Below, one piece after another: positions 28,030-39,696 of a stretch of 64,000 nt of DNA. The notes beneath the pieces were generated by a model, which saw nothing but the letters and a program-made list of their open reading frames with translations, was not told where the DNA came from and did not search any database. Origin of the DNA: Hyalangium minutum (GTDB taxonomy: Bacteria > Myxococcota > Myxococcia > Myxococcales > Myxococcaceae). Location: positions 620,001 to 684,000 of the forward strand of contig NZ_JMCB01000002.1 in NCBI RefSeq assembly GCF_000737315.1. Reading direction: 5' to 3'. Position 1 is the first letter of the stretch. Each line of letters starts with the position of its first letter. Position numbers and translations under genes: made by a program.

Positions 28030-28575
28030 GTGCCGCGCCTCCTGCTCTCCAGCCTCCTCGTCCTCCTGGCCACCGCATGTGGGCCTCGCAGTGGGCCTGC
28101 GGGGGCCACCGAGCCTCCACCCCAGGTGGTGCTCTATGGCGTTCACATTCAGACCTTCGAGGGCGACCAGCTCGTCCTCGCCGGCCGCGCCGAGCGCCTC
28201 ACCTACCAGCGCGCCGAGGGCGCCGTGACGGCCACCAACACCCTGCTGCGCCTGCCCAGCCGTCGAGGCACCCAGCGCGCACCCTCGGGTCCCCGAGGAG
28301 GCATGGAGATCCGCGCCCCGGTGATGGAGGGCAGCCTCGCCTCGCGCCAGCTCACGGGCTCCGGAGGCGTCGTCATCCGCACCGCCGATGGCGCCGTGGC
28401 CCGCACGCCTCGGGCCACCTATGACGCTCCCGCCCAGCACGCCCGGGGCCGCGAGGGCGTGGCGGTGCAGGGCCCGGCTTATGGGCTCCGGGCCGACAGC
28501 TTCGACCTGTCCTTCGTGGATGGGACGTTCACCTTCGAAGGCGACACCCAGACCGTGGTGGGAGGGGCAAAGTGA
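28030..28575 (+). CDS. LptC-like LPS export lipoprotein
   Basis: Lipobox LATAC; beta-rich sequence; lies before lptA and lptB. Confidence 0.65.
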   Translation: MPRLLLSSLLVLLATACGPRSGPAGATEPPPQVVLYGVHIQTFEGDQLVLAGRAERLTYQRAEGAVTATNTLLRLPSRRGTQRAPSGPRGGMEIRAPVMEGSLASRQLTGSGGVVIRTADGAVARTPRATYDAPAQHARGREGVAVQGPAYGLRADSFDLSFVDGTFTFEGDTQTVVGGAK

Positions 28576-29087
28576 TCGAGTTCCTGGCGATGGCCTTCTT
28601 CCTGGCTCAGCCCACGCCGGCGCCCGCGGCGACGGACGGAGGCCCGCGCGCGCCGATGCTCGGCAACGTGCCGCTGAACAACCCGGTGGAGATCACCGCC
28701 AAGCTCATTACGGGCGAGCGCAGCTCGGCCACCTTCACCGGGGACGTGCAGGTGAAGCACCGCACGCTGGACCTCAAGTGCGACAAGATGGTGGCCTACT
28801 ACACGGGCGCCCGCGAGGTGACGCGCGTGGAGTGCACCGGCGGCGTGCAGGCCCAGGACGGCGACCGGTTCGCCCGGGGCGAGCGCGCCGAGTACGACGT
28901 GCCCAGCGGCGTGCTGGTGGTGACGGGCTCTCCCGAGGCCCGCCAGGGCACTACCTATGTGACGGGCACCAAGGTGCGCCTCACGCTGGGCAGCGAGCGG
29001 CTCGAGGTGGAGAACGCCCGCATCGTCGTGGAGACGGCCCCGGCGGGCGGCGGGAAGAAGGGCAAGGGAGGCGCGAAGAAGCCATGA
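28572..29087 (+). CDS. lptA: LptA/OstA-family LPS transport protein
   Basis: ATFTGDVQV, ARGERAEYD and LVVTGSPEARQG; synteny. Confidence 0.8.
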   Translation: MIEFLAMAFFLAQPTPAPAATDGGPRAPMLGNVPLNNPVEITAKLITGERSSATFTGDVQVKHRTLDLKCDKMVAYYTGAREVTRVECTGGVQAQDGDRFARGERAEYDVPSGVLVVTGSPEARQGTTYVTGTKVRLTLGSERLEVENARIVVETAPAGGGKKGKGGAKKP

Positions 29088-29824
29088 GCGCCGGGCAGCT
29101 CTTTGCCGAGGGCCTCCAGAAGAGCTTCCGCAAGCGCCAGGTGGTGCGCGGCGTCACCTTCACCGTCTCCCAGGGCGAGGTGGTGGGGCTGCTGGGGCCC
29201 AACGGCGCCGGCAAGACGACGAGCTTCAACATGGTGGTGGGGCTCGTCACCCCGGACCGCGGCCGCGTCCGCCTGGATGAGGAGGACCTCACGCACCTGC
29301 CCATGCACCGGCGCGCGCGCCGCGGCCTCGGCTACCTGCCCCAGGAGGCCTCCATCTTCCGCAAGCTCACCGTGCGCCAGAACTTCCTGGCCGTGCTGGA
29401 GCTCCAGAAGGGCTTGGACCGCAAGGCCCGCGAGACCAAGGCCCAGGATCTCATCGAAGAGTTCGGCCTGAACCATGTGGCCGATTCGCTGGGAGAGACG
29501 CTCTCGGGCGGCGAGCGGCGGCGCGCGGAGATCGCCCGCTCCTTGATTCCCAACCCCCGCTTCATCCTCTTCGACGAGCCCTTCGCGGGCGTGGACCCCA
29601 TCAACGTGGGGGACCTCCAGAAGCAGATCGCCCTGCTCAAGCAGCGGGGCCTGGGCGTGCTGATCACCGACCACAACGTCCAGGACACCCTCGGCATCTG
29701 CGACCGTGCCTACATCATCGCCCAGGGGCAGATCCTCGAAGAGGGCACCCCGGCCGCGATCGCAGAGTCGCCCCGAGCGCGCGCGGTCTACCTGGGAGAG
29801 CGCTTCCGCCTGCAAACGCCGTGA
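29084..29824 (+). CDS. lptB: LPS export ABC transporter ATPase
   Basis: GPNGAGKT, YLPQEASIFRKLTV, LSGGERRR, DEPFAGVDP and ITDHNV. Confidence 0.95.
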   Translation: MSAGQLFAEGLQKSFRKRQVVRGVTFTVSQGEVVGLLGPNGAGKTTSFNMVVGLVTPDRGRVRLDEEDLTHLPMHRRARRGLGYLPQEASIFRKLTVRQNFLAVLELQKGLDRKARETKAQDLIEEFGLNHVADSLGETLSGGERRRAEIARSLIPNPRFILFDEPFAGVDPINVGDLQKQIALLKQRGLGVLITDHNVQDTLGICDRAYIIAQGQILEEGTPAAIAESPRARAVYLGERFRLQTP

Positions 29825-29989
29825 AAACGGCCCCTTAGGGCCGATTCTTACGCGCTGAGAGAGCAGCCGAGCACGCTCCAACACACCCCTTGACTTTCGT
29901 TGGCCTACCCTTTGCGTCGAGGGGTGAACACCTGCCAGGAGACCCGAAACGTCTCCTAAATCCATGATTCCATTATGGAAATCAGGGCT

Positions 29990-30062
29990 TGCAAGCAAGA
30001 GGCCACATTCTTGGGCACTGGACGAATGGAGGGGGTCTTGCTAGTTTGGCACGGTCCTTGAT
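29990..30062. promoter_or_regulatory. Two sigma54 (-24/-12)-like elements upstream of rpoN
   Basis: Plus strand TGGCAC-GGTCC-TTGAT (30047-30062); minus strand TGGCCT-CTTGC-TTGCA (29990-30005). Confidence 0.45.
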
Positions 30063-30109
30063 TGAAGCTGAATGAGGGACATGTTTCTCCTCGGTGGGGA
30101 GCCTTTTCA

Positions 30110-31624
<1,515 letters not shown>

Positions 31625-31658
31625 GGAAGTGGATTGAGCTCTGAGGCAGGATGGCCTC

Positions 31659-32285
31659 ATGAGCACGGACACAGAGCTTCCCTGGAGAGATCTCATCCCC
31701 CTGATCGTCCCTCCTGTCACCCTGGAGGGACGTGCGGTTCGCCTGGAGCCGCTCGGCCCCGAGCACGCCGCGCCGCTGGCCTCCCTCTGTGAGGATGAGA
31801 TCTTCGAGTTCTCCGTTCAGGTGCTGCGCACCGAGGCGGAGCTGGCCGCGTACATCACCTCGGCCCTGGAGGCCGCCGCGCGGGGCACCGAGCAGCCGTT
31901 CTTCATCTGTGACCGGAACACAGGGGCCCCGCTCGGCACCACCCGGTACATGACGATCTCCCGCAACGACCGGAACCTGGAAATCGGTCACACGTGGCTG
32001 GGGCGCCGGGCCTGGCGCTCCCGGGTGAACACCGAGTGCAAGTTCCTCCTCTTGCGCCACGCCTTCGAGCAGCTGCGCGTCATGCGCGTCCAGCTCAAGA
32101 CCGATCATCGCAACGCCCGCTCCCGCGCCGCCATTGAGCGCATCGGCGCCAGGTTCGAGGGCATCCTCCGCAACCACATGCTGGTGCGCGGCGGCATCGT
32201 GCGGGACTCCGCGTACTACAGCATCCTCGACACCGAGTGGCCCGAGGTGAAGGCTCGCCTGCAAGAGCGACTCGCCGGGGAGTGA
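31659..32285 (+). CDS. GNAT N-acetyltransferase (RimJ/RimL-like)
   Basis: LEIGHTWL, NTECKFLLL and NARSRAAIERIGARFEGILR. Confidence 0.88.
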   Translation: MSTDTELPWRDLIPLIVPPVTLEGRAVRLEPLGPEHAAPLASLCEDEIFEFSVQVLRTEAELAAYITSALEAAARGTEQPFFICDRNTGAPLGTTRYMTISRNDRNLEIGHTWLGRRAWRSRVNTECKFLLLRHAFEQLRVMRVQLKTDHRNARSRAAIERIGARFEGILRNHMLVRGGIVRDSAYYSILDTEWPEVKARLQERLAGE

Positions 32286-32300
32286 TAGGGTCCGGGACGC

Positions 32301-33092
32301 ATGTTCCGCTCCGCTCCTTCTCTGAAATCCCTCGTGGTTGCTCCCTCGCTCGCCGCCGTGCTCGGGCTGCTCTCTGGCTGCGGCGGGCGTACCGAGACTG
32401 TCTCCGTCTCCCTGGAGGACCTCTCCAACCGCACACTCACCTACGCCCTCGTGGACGTGGACGCCCTGGAGACCCCGGACGCCGCGGGCTCCCACCGCTT
32501 CACCGTCACGCTGTCGCAGCCGGAAGATGGCTGCACGCGGCTCGTGGATGGCGTCACGGCCACCTTCAACGGCCAGCCCATGAAGCTGGAACTCGGCGGC
32601 TTCCCCGACACCAGTGGGCGGGATGCTTGCGAGCAGTCGCGCGCATGGTTCGACTTCGATCCTGAAGTCTGGAACGCCGAGCCCATCGAGGACGCCCGCG
32701 TGTTCCTCAAGGATAAGGACGGCACCCCCGCCATCACGCTCATCGTGAAGGGCGCCAAGGCCAAGCGCCGCTTTGCCTTTCAAGGGACCGGTACGGGCAC
32801 CACGCTGCGGCGTGGCCAGACGTACACGTACCGCTGGCTGCCAGCCGAGGAGACGCCCGGCCCCGCTACCGTCACGCTGCTCCGAGAAGGCGGCCGGGCC
32901 CCCGCCACCCTGCAGATCACCCAGGAGAACGGCGACGTGAGCTTCGTCCTCCCCGAGGCCACCCCAGCCGCCAACCACCTGCTGACCCTGAAGGCCAGCC
33001 TGGAGGGCGGTGTGCTCGACTGCCAGGGGGTCGCCAGCTGCAGCGGCTCCATCTTCCACTCCAGCGACTACGAGGTCGCCGTCGCTCAGTAG
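32301..33092 (+). CDS. Hypothetical lipoprotein
   Basis: Lipobox LLSGC; beta-rich mature region with paired Cys. Confidence 0.7.
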   Translation: MFRSAPSLKSLVVAPSLAAVLGLLSGCGGRTETVSVSLEDLSNRTLTYALVDVDALETPDAAGSHRFTVTLSQPEDGCTRLVDGVTATFNGQPMKLELGGFPDTSGRDACEQSRAWFDFDPEVWNAEPIEDARVFLKDKDGTPAITLIVKGAKAKRRFAFQGTGTGTTLRRGQTYTYRWLPAEETPGPATVTLLREGGRAPATLQITQENGDVSFVLPEATPAANHLLTLKASLEGGVLDCQGVASCSGSIFHSSDYEVAVAQ

Positions 33093-33218
33093 GCGGGGAG
33101 GCCGCTCGTTCTCCGAGCGAGCCAACGTCGGCGGCCATACGGTGCGGTTGTCCCGAGGTCAGTGGTTGCCGGACCTCGGGCTCGCACCCACCGTGCCTGG
33201 GTACCCCACGGAGGACCC

Positions 33219-34100
33219 ATGCCTCGCAACCCCGATCCACGTCACGCTGGCCAGAAGGCCCCCTTCAACGAGCAGCCCCAGGCGCATCCCGGTATCGAAG
33301 AGCGGATGCAGGAAGCCCCCGACTTTGGTGAGGACTCCTACAAGGGGCTCGGCCGGCTGAAGGACCGGGTGGCGCTCGTCACCGGTGGTGACAGTGGCAT
33401 CGGACGCGCGGTGTGCCTCGCCTTTGCCCGCGAGGGCGCGGACGTGGCCTTCGCCTACCTCAACGAGTACGAGGACGCGGAGAAGACGCGCCGGCTCCTC
33501 GAGGACGAGGGCCGCCAGGTGCTCGCCATGGCTGGGGACCTCGCCATCGAGGCTCACTGCCGCAAGCTCATCGAGGACACGGTGAAGCGGTTCGGCCGCA
33601 TCGACGTGCTCGTGAACAACGCCGCCTTTCAGGGCAAGGAGGTGGAGAAGTTCGAGGAGCTCGACCCCGAGCGCGTCGAGCGCACCTTCCGCGTCAACAT
33701 CCTCGCCATGTTCCACCTGGTGCGGCTGGCCCTGCCCCACATGAAGCCCGGCAGCGCCATCATCAATGTCGCCTCCGTCCAGGCCTATCAGCCCTCGCCC
33801 GGCATCCTCGACTACGCGAGCACCAAGGGCGCCATCGTCACCTTCACCAAGGGCCTCGCGCAGTCGCTCATCGAGCGCGGCATCCGCGTCAACTGCGTGG
33901 CCCCCGGGCCCGTGTGGACGCCGCTCATTCCGCAGTCCTTCAGTGGTGAGCACCTCAAGAAGTTCGGTGAGAGCAACCCCATGGGCCGCGCTGCCCAGCC
34001 CGCAGAGCTCGCGCCCTCTTTTGTGTTCCTCGCCAGCGACGAGTCGCGCTACGTCAATGGGGAGATCCTCGGCGTCACTGGAGGCAAGGTCCTCGCGTAA
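33219..34100 (+). CDS. SDR oxidoreductase (YghA/YhxC-like)
   Basis: TGGDSGIG, NNAA, YASTK and VAPGPVWT. Confidence 0.92.
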   Translation: MPRNPDPRHAGQKAPFNEQPQAHPGIEERMQEAPDFGEDSYKGLGRLKDRVALVTGGDSGIGRAVCLAFAREGADVAFAYLNEYEDAEKTRRLLEDEGRQVLAMAGDLAIEAHCRKLIEDTVKRFGRIDVLVNNAAFQGKEVEKFEELDPERVERTFRVNILAMFHLVRLALPHMKPGSAIINVASVQAYQPSPGILDYASTKGAIVTFTKGLAQSLIERGIRVNCVAPGPVWTPLIPQSFSGEHLKKFGESNPMGRAAQPAELAPSFVFLASDESRYVNGEILGVTGGKVLA

Positions 34101-34382
34101 GCGGGCCTGGAGCGGAGAGGCCCCTTGGCGCAGCGAAGACTGTGCAGGACCCAACCCATCACGTGACTCTCCGGTTGCTGTCCCAGAGGGCGCGGAAGTG
34201 GTTGAAACTCCAAGAGAATAGCTCGGGAATAAGCCCTGCGTCCACCTGTCGGAGGGATGGGGGCTCTCTCTCCCTGGGACGGTGGACAAGCGATCTCCAG
34301 GGGGGGCGGGTTGCTTTTGGACCCCCAGACCGTTTCTGATCTGAAACGGAGCACGTCCTACCCATGGAGGAGGCAGCTACGC

Positions 34383-35042
34383 ATGCAGATGAACATCACC
34401 TTCCGCCAGTTCGGAGCGTCGGATTCCCTCAAGGAGTACGCACGCGAGAAGGTTGACCGGGTAAATCGGCTGTTGGACCGGGCTGGCGAAGCGCATGTGG
34501 TGCTCTCGCTCGAACGTCACCTGCACCACGCGGACATCACGATCCACTCCGGTTCGTGGGTCCTCCGGGGCCGTGAGAAGAGCGAGGACATGTACGCGTC
34601 CATTGATCTCGCGATGGACAAGATCGAGCGGCAACTGCGCCGCTACAAGGACAAGCTCAAGAGCCACCACGGCCGCGAGAAGGTCCACCACCGGCAGGAT
34701 CTGATGAACCAGCTGTCGCGCGTGCGCCACGCTGTGTTCGAGATGCCGGGGGACGAGGAGTCCACCGCGCCCGAGCCCCAGACGAACGGCGCTCAGGCCT
34801 CCTCGCCGGCTCCGGCCAGTGAGGCGGACTCGCCGCGCATGCTCCGCACCACCCACCTCACCGTCAAGCAGCTGAAGGTGGAAGAGGCGGTGATGCAGAT
34901 GAACCTGATGAACAACGACTTCTACGTGTTCCACAACGTGGAGACGAACGCGATGTCCGTGCTCTACCGCCGCAAGGATGGGCAGTACGGCCTCATCGAG
35001 CCGCACGAGCCCGAGTCGGCTGCTGCCACGGGCACGCGCTAG
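34383..35042 (+). CDS. hpf: Ribosome hibernation promoting factor (long HPF)
   Basis: NITFRQ...DMYASIDLAMDKIERQLRRYKDK; C-terminal domain EEAVMQMNL...FYVF...LYRRKDGQYGLIE. Confidence 0.93.
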   Translation: MQMNITFRQFGASDSLKEYAREKVDRVNRLLDRAGEAHVVLSLERHLHHADITIHSGSWVLRGREKSEDMYASIDLAMDKIERQLRRYKDKLKSHHGREKVHHRQDLMNQLSRVRHAVFEMPGDEESTAPEPQTNGAQASSPAPASEADSPRMLRTTHLTVKQLKVEEAVMQMNLMNNDFYVFHNVETNAMSVLYRRKDGQYGLIEPHEPESAAATGTR

Positions 35043-35060
35043 CGGACCCCTGAAACACGA

Positions 35061-35095
35061 GCGCTCCGTCTCCCGAGAAGGGTGAGACGGAGCGC
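35061..35095. terminator. Stem-loop between convergent genes
   Basis: GCGCTCCGTCTC / GAGACGGAGCGC 12-bp stem just after the hpf stop. Confidence 0.65.
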
Positions 35096-35135
35096 GGTGC
35101 CGCTGCCCCGGGAAGGCTCCCGGGGTGGCGCGTTC

Positions 35136-35768
35136 CTACTGGTACTTGCGGCAGTAGGTGTCCGGCACCTGGCGCAGCACCTCGCGCGGAGCGGAGAAGC
35201 GCGCGATGGAGACTGCGGGCGAGTAGGTGTCCGTGTAGCTCACGAGCGCCAGGGTGAGCAGCGAAGCCATCTCGCCGACGGGGCGCGCCTGGAGGCTCTC
35301 CGGGAAGTCCACCGAGAACCCTTCCTCGAGAGGGCCCGAGCAGTCGCGCTTGCCGGAGAAGCCGCCCTCCACCCGGTTCAAGTAGTAGGCGCACAGGCCC
35401 ACGCGCGCCACCAGCACGTCCCCCTTCATGAGCAGGTCCACCGGAGCGCCGCCGAAGGTGCCCGAGGCGCGGACGTCATCGCCCTCGGACAGCTCCAGGC
35501 GGGTCGGCTGCGCGCCGAAGACGCCCGTGACGTTCTGGTAGTTCCACTGCAGCTCCACCGGCTGGTTGCGGAAGCGGCCGCGCAGCCCATCGTTCCGCAG
35601 GCTGATCGACGAGGAGGGACCGGTGATGTAGCGGTTCGTCACCACCATGGGCTCGGCGGAGCGCTGGCCCATGCGGACCTTCTCGCCCTCCGCCCGAAGG
35701 CCAGTGCTGGCCCCAGCGCAGCCCACAGTCAGACAGAGAAGAGACGACAGCAGCAGTGCGCGCGACAT
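35136..35768 (-). CDS. Hypothetical lipoprotein
   Basis: MSRALLLSSLLCLTVG-C lipobox; GGAG upstream of the ATG. Confidence 0.72.
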   Translation of the reverse strand: MSRALLLSSLLCLTVGCAGASTGLRAEGEKVRMGQRSAEPMVVTNRYITGPSSSISLRNDGLRGRFRNQPVELQWNYQNVTGVFGAQPTRLELSEGDDVRASGTFGGAPVDLLMKGDVLVARVGLCAYYLNRVEGGFSGKRDCSGPLEEGFSVDFPESLQARPVGEMASLLTLALVSYTDTYSPAVSIARFSAPREVLRQVPDTYCRKYQ

Positions 35769-35856
35769 GAGTTCCTCCGTTCGTTCGTTCGTTCCGTAGC
35801 CGTGACGACAGGAAGAACGCGGAGCCCGAAATGGCATATCGCGGGGGAATGGCGGT

Positions 35857-37599
35857 TCAGCGCGCGGCGCCCTGCGCGGCCTCGGCCTGCTTCTGTCCCA
35901 CCGGATCCAGGCCGTGACCGAAGCTGAACATGCGCAGGTGCACGGGCAGCCGCCCCGGCGTGCCGATCTCTCCGAAGAGGGCGGCGGCTGCGGCGGAGGT
36001 GGAGGCGGGCTGGTACGAGTAGACCGCGAGCACCGCGCGGGCCTCGTCCACCATCTCCACCAGATACGGCAGGCCCATGGAGACGACGACCACGGGCTTG
36101 CCGGTGGCGGCGGCCATGGTGACGAGCTCGGCCTGCCGGGAATTGATCATCCCCACCACCACCACGTCTGCCTTGAGCGCCGCCTTCCGGGCCTTCTGGC
36201 GCAGCGCGGCACGGCGGCTCTCTGCCGGGTATGCGGGGACATTGAGCACGGAGGCCCGAGGGGAGCGGGAGAGGATGGCCTCGCCCAGCGAGGGCTCGGC
36301 GGTGATGACGGCGATGCGCGTGGACGGGGACAGCGGGAAGTGCCGCCCATCCGTGCGCAGCAGCGTGACCGAGGCGCGGGCAATGAGGTGGGCCACCTCG
36401 CCATTGCCCGGAGGCGGCGGGTTGGAGAGCCGCTGCTCCAGAACGGGCGGCGTCTCGAAGAGGCCCCGGCGCAGCTTGGCGGTGAGGATGCGGCGCACGG
36501 CCTGCTCCAGGCGCGCGGCGGGCAGGTCTCCGCTCCGCGCGGCGGCGAGCAGGTGCTCATAGACTTCGATCTTCTTCTCCGGCTGCCAGGGCACCAGCAC
36601 CATGTCCGCGCCGGCCTTCACCGCCAGCACCGCCGCGCGGCCCACGCCGTAGCGCTGGGCAATGGCCTCCATCTCCATCTCGTCGGTGAGCACCAGCCCG
36701 TCAAAGCCCAGCTCCTGGCGCAGCAGCCCGTCCAGCACCTGGGGGCTCAAGGTGGCGGGCACGTCATTCCCGGTGAGGCGGGGGATGGCCACATGGGCCG
36801 TCATCAGCCCGTCCAGCCCGTCCTGGATGACGGCGCGGAAGGGCTCCATCTGCGCCAGCACCTCCTCGCGCGTCTCCTCCATGATGGGCAGCGACGTGTG
36901 GCTGTCCGCGTCCGTGGCCCCATGTCCGGGGAAGTGCTTGGCCACGGTGACGAGCCCCGCGTCCTGCTGCCCCTTCACGAAGGCTCGGCCCAGCTCGGAG
37001 ACCAGGGGCACGCTGTCCCCATACGAGCGCACGCCGATGACGGGGTTGCGCGGGTTGAGGTTCACATCCAGTACGGGGGCCAGGTTCATGTTGAACCCCA
37101 ACCGTCTCAGGTCCTCCCCCTGGGCCCTACCTGCTGAGTAGGCCAGCTCGGGCGAGCGAGTGGCGCCCAGGGCCATGTTGCTGGGCAGCACCACCACCTG
37201 GTCCTGCACGCGCACCACGTTGCCTCCCTCTTGATCCAACGCGAGGAAGGGGGGGATGTGATCGACCAGCAGCCGCCGGAGCCCGTCATTGAGCCGCGCC
37301 ACCTGACTGGCGTCGCGGACGTTGTGCTTGAAGAGGCAGACCCCACCCACCCGGTGGCCTCGGACCAGCTCCTCCACGTCCTCGTCCACCTCGGTGCCGT
37401 AGAAGCCCACCATCATCAGCTGTCCCACCCGGGACTCCAGGGAGAGGCCCGCCAGCAGGGTCTCTACCCGCTCCGAGGACACCGGAGGCAAACCTGGGAC
37501 GGGGGTAGGAGGTGCGGGCGCGACTCCCGGGGCGGGCGCGGTGGCGCAGAGGCCCAAAGAGAGCAGGAGGAGCAGGGGAACGAGGTGACGGGCAGACAC
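35857..37599 (-). CDS. nagZ: GH3 beta-N-acetylhexosaminidase (exported, with C-terminal domain)
   Basis: LDQEGG, NLAPVLDVN, KHFPGHG, MTAHV and LTDEMEM; N-terminal signal peptide. Confidence 0.9.
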   Translation of the reverse strand: MSARHLVPLLLLLSLGLCATAPAPGVAPAPPTPVPGLPPVSSERVETLLAGLSLESRVGQLMMVGFYGTEVDEDVEELVRGHRVGGVCLFKHNVRDASQVARLNDGLRRLLVDHIPPFLALDQEGGNVVRVQDQVVVLPSNMALGATRSPELAYSAGRAQGEDLRRLGFNMNLAPVLDVNLNPRNPVIGVRSYGDSVPLVSELGRAFVKGQQDAGLVTVAKHFPGHGATDADSHTSLPIMEETREEVLAQMEPFRAVIQDGLDGLMTAHVAIPRLTGNDVPATLSPQVLDGLLRQELGFDGLVLTDEMEMEAIAQRYGVGRAAVLAVKAGADMVLVPWQPEKKIEVYEHLLAAARSGDLPAARLEQAVRRILTAKLRRGLFETPPVLEQRLSNPPPPGNGEVAHLIARASVTLLRTDGRHFPLSPSTRIAVITAEPSLGEAILSRSPRASVLNVPAYPAESRRAALRQKARKAALKADVVVVGMINSRQAELVTMAAATGKPVVVVSMGLPYLVEMVDEARAVLAVYSYQPASTSAAAAALFGEIGTPGRLPVHLRMFSFGHGLDPVGQKQAEAAQGAAR

Positions 37600-37757
37600 G
37601 CGGGTGGGGATGCTAGTCGAGAGATGCCACCCCCTCCACCTTGCGTCCGGGTGAGCGAAGCCTGACGAAGCGCGCGAGAGTGGGCAGGCGACCCTTGCGC
37701 GAAAGAGTGGTGAGGAGTAATTGCCCCTCGACGTCGAGCGCCACCGCGGGAGCGCCA

Positions 37758-38219
37758 GTGAGAATCTCCGAGTTCCTCAGCCCTCAAGCCGTCATCGCGG
37801 ACATGCAGGCGCGCACCAAGCCCGAGGTGCTGCGCGAGCTGAGCGGGGCGCTCGTGCGCGCCCACCCCCAGCTGCAGGAGGACCGGCTGGTGGAGGTGCT
37901 GCGCGAGCGCGAGAAGCTCGGCTCCACCGGCATCGGCGAGGGGGTGGCCATCCCCCACGGCAAGCTCCCCGGCATGACGCAGCTGCTCGCCACCTTCGGT
38001 GTCTCCAAGCAGGGCCTGGACTTCGAGGCGATTGACGGCAAGCCCACCCACCTCTTCTTCGCGCTGGTGGCCCCGGAGAACAGTGCCGGTGTGCACCTCA
38101 AGGCACTGGCCCGCATCTCCCGCCTCTTCAAGAACCCCCGGTTCCGGGCCGCCATCCTCGAGGCCCCCTCCGCCGCGGATATCCACGCGCTCATCGTCCA
38201 GGAAGACGCCCGGCCCTGA
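37758..38219 (+). CDS. ptsN: PTS IIA (nitrogen-regulatory, PtsN-like)
   Basis: REKLGSTGIGEGVAIPHGK and HLKALARISRL. Confidence 0.88.
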   Translation: MRISEFLSPQAVIADMQARTKPEVLRELSGALVRAHPQLQEDRLVEVLREREKLGSTGIGEGVAIPHGKLPGMTQLLATFGVSKQGLDFEAIDGKPTHLFFALVAPENSAGVHLKALARISRLFKNPRFRAAILEAPSAADIHALIVQEDARP

Positions 38220-38243
38220 GCGGGCTTCGGAGGGGGGAGCTCC

Positions 38244-39089
38244 GTGGAAATCGTTCTTCGCCCCATCAATGATGGGTTCTTCCAGGAACTCGTGCTCCCG
38301 TTCTTCACGCGCTGCATGGGGGACGCGCCGCGCGCGCTGGAAGGGATGATGGGAAGGCTGGGGGACGAGGAGACGCGCTTCCTCTGTGATCGGCTGTTGT
38401 CCACGGCTTCGCCGGGCGGGCTCAGCGGGCTGGAGCGGGAACCTTGGGTCGAGCTGGTGGATCGGCTCGTCTTCCAGCCGTGGCAGCTGGGGGATTCGGG
38501 CTGGGAGCTCGGAGCCTCTCGGGCCGGCTACGCGGGCGACTGGGACGAGGCGCTGCACCTGGCGTTGATGGTGGAGCTGCCGGACTACCCGTATGGCCAG
38601 GCCCGCGAGGCCCGGGCTGTGCGAGACGCCTTCCGGCAGAAGCCCCGGGTCGAACTGGGCCTGGCCTCCTTCATTGGTGGCACCTGGGAGCCGCTCCCGC
38701 AGTTCCCGCCGGATCAGGTCTTCGCCACCCAGGGCCGCGCCGGGTACATGCCTCGGCAGGGCCTGGCCTTCGCGGACTGGGCGTGGCGGCCAGCGCATGC
38801 GGTGGCCGACTGGCACGCAACCCTGGTGCGCAAGCTGGACCGGCTGCTCACTCGAGAGGTGGAGCGGCTGAAGCTGCCCTCGCTGCCGGAGCGGGACGAG
38901 CTGCTGGCGTGGTGGACGGGCCGGGCGACCAAACCTCCGCCGCTGGCGGTGGTCTTCTCCGGCCTGGGACCCCGGGCTCCGGAGTGGATCTACGAGCTGG
39001 GTGTCCTCTGTGGCGAGGTGCGCACCGCCGCCCAGGAGCACTCCGCCGTGGTGTCACTGGTGACCAAGAGCACCCAGGTCCGCGTCTGA
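38244..39089 (+). CDS. Hypothetical protein
   Basis: 281-aa ORF with genome-typical codon usage and GGAG before the GTG; no motif recognised. Confidence 0.65.
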   Translation: MEIVLRPINDGFFQELVLPFFTRCMGDAPRALEGMMGRLGDEETRFLCDRLLSTASPGGLSGLEREPWVELVDRLVFQPWQLGDSGWELGASRAGYAGDWDEALHLALMVELPDYPYGQAREARAVRDAFRQKPRVELGLASFIGGTWEPLPQFPPDQVFATQGRAGYMPRQGLAFADWAWRPAHAVADWHATLVRKLDRLLTREVERLKLPSLPERDELLAWWTGRATKPPPLAVVFSGLGPRAPEWIYELGVLCGEVRTAAQEHSAVVSLVTKSTQVRV

Positions 39090-39093
39090 GGGC

Positions 39094-39540
39094 TCAGGTC
39101 CGCTGTGTCTCCAGCAGCAGCGTGACGGGCCCGTCGTTGATCAGCGCCACCTTCATGTCCGCTGCGAAGATGCCCGTGCCGACGGTGAGGCCCCGGGTAC
39201 GCAGCTGCTCGCAGACCTTCTCATAGAGGGCTTTGGCCGGCTCCGGCTCCAGCGCCTCCGTGAAGCTGGGGCGCCGGCCCCTCCGCGTATCTCCATATAA
39301 GGTGAACTGGCTCACGACGATGAGCTGCTTGTGCGTGTCCTCCAGGGACAGGTTCATCTTCCCGGCGGCGTCCTCGAAGATGCGCAGCGTGGCCAGCTTC
39401 TCCACCATCCACGGCACGTCCGCCTCCGTGTCCCCCTTGCCCACGCCCAGCAGCACCAGCAGCCCCGGACCGATCTGACTCACCTTTTTCCCATCCACGG
39501 TGACTGAGGCTTCGAGCACCCGCTGGACTACAGCCCTCAT
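39094..39540 (-). CDS. dtd: D-aminoacyl-tRNA deacylase
   Basis: [19 protein letters not shown] and NDGPVT. Confidence 0.95.
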   Translation of the reverse strand: MRAVVQRVLEASVTVDGKKVSQIGPGLLVLLGVGKGDTEADVPWMVEKLATLRIFEDAAGKMNLSLEDTHKQLIVVSQFTLYGDTRRGRRPSFTEALEPEPAKALYEKVCEQLRTRGLTVGTGIFAADMKVALINDGPVTLLLETQRT

Positions 39541-39696
39541 CTCCATCCTCCTGGATTTCCTGGGGAAATCGGGTGAGTTCTCAGCGCACAAGAGATTATT
39601 CTTCCATACTAAGCAACCAAAATTCCTGATCGCAGAGAATCCCCATGTACTTACAGCGGCGCACTTCTGCCCCGCTTCAGCTTTCGGGAGTCCGCC

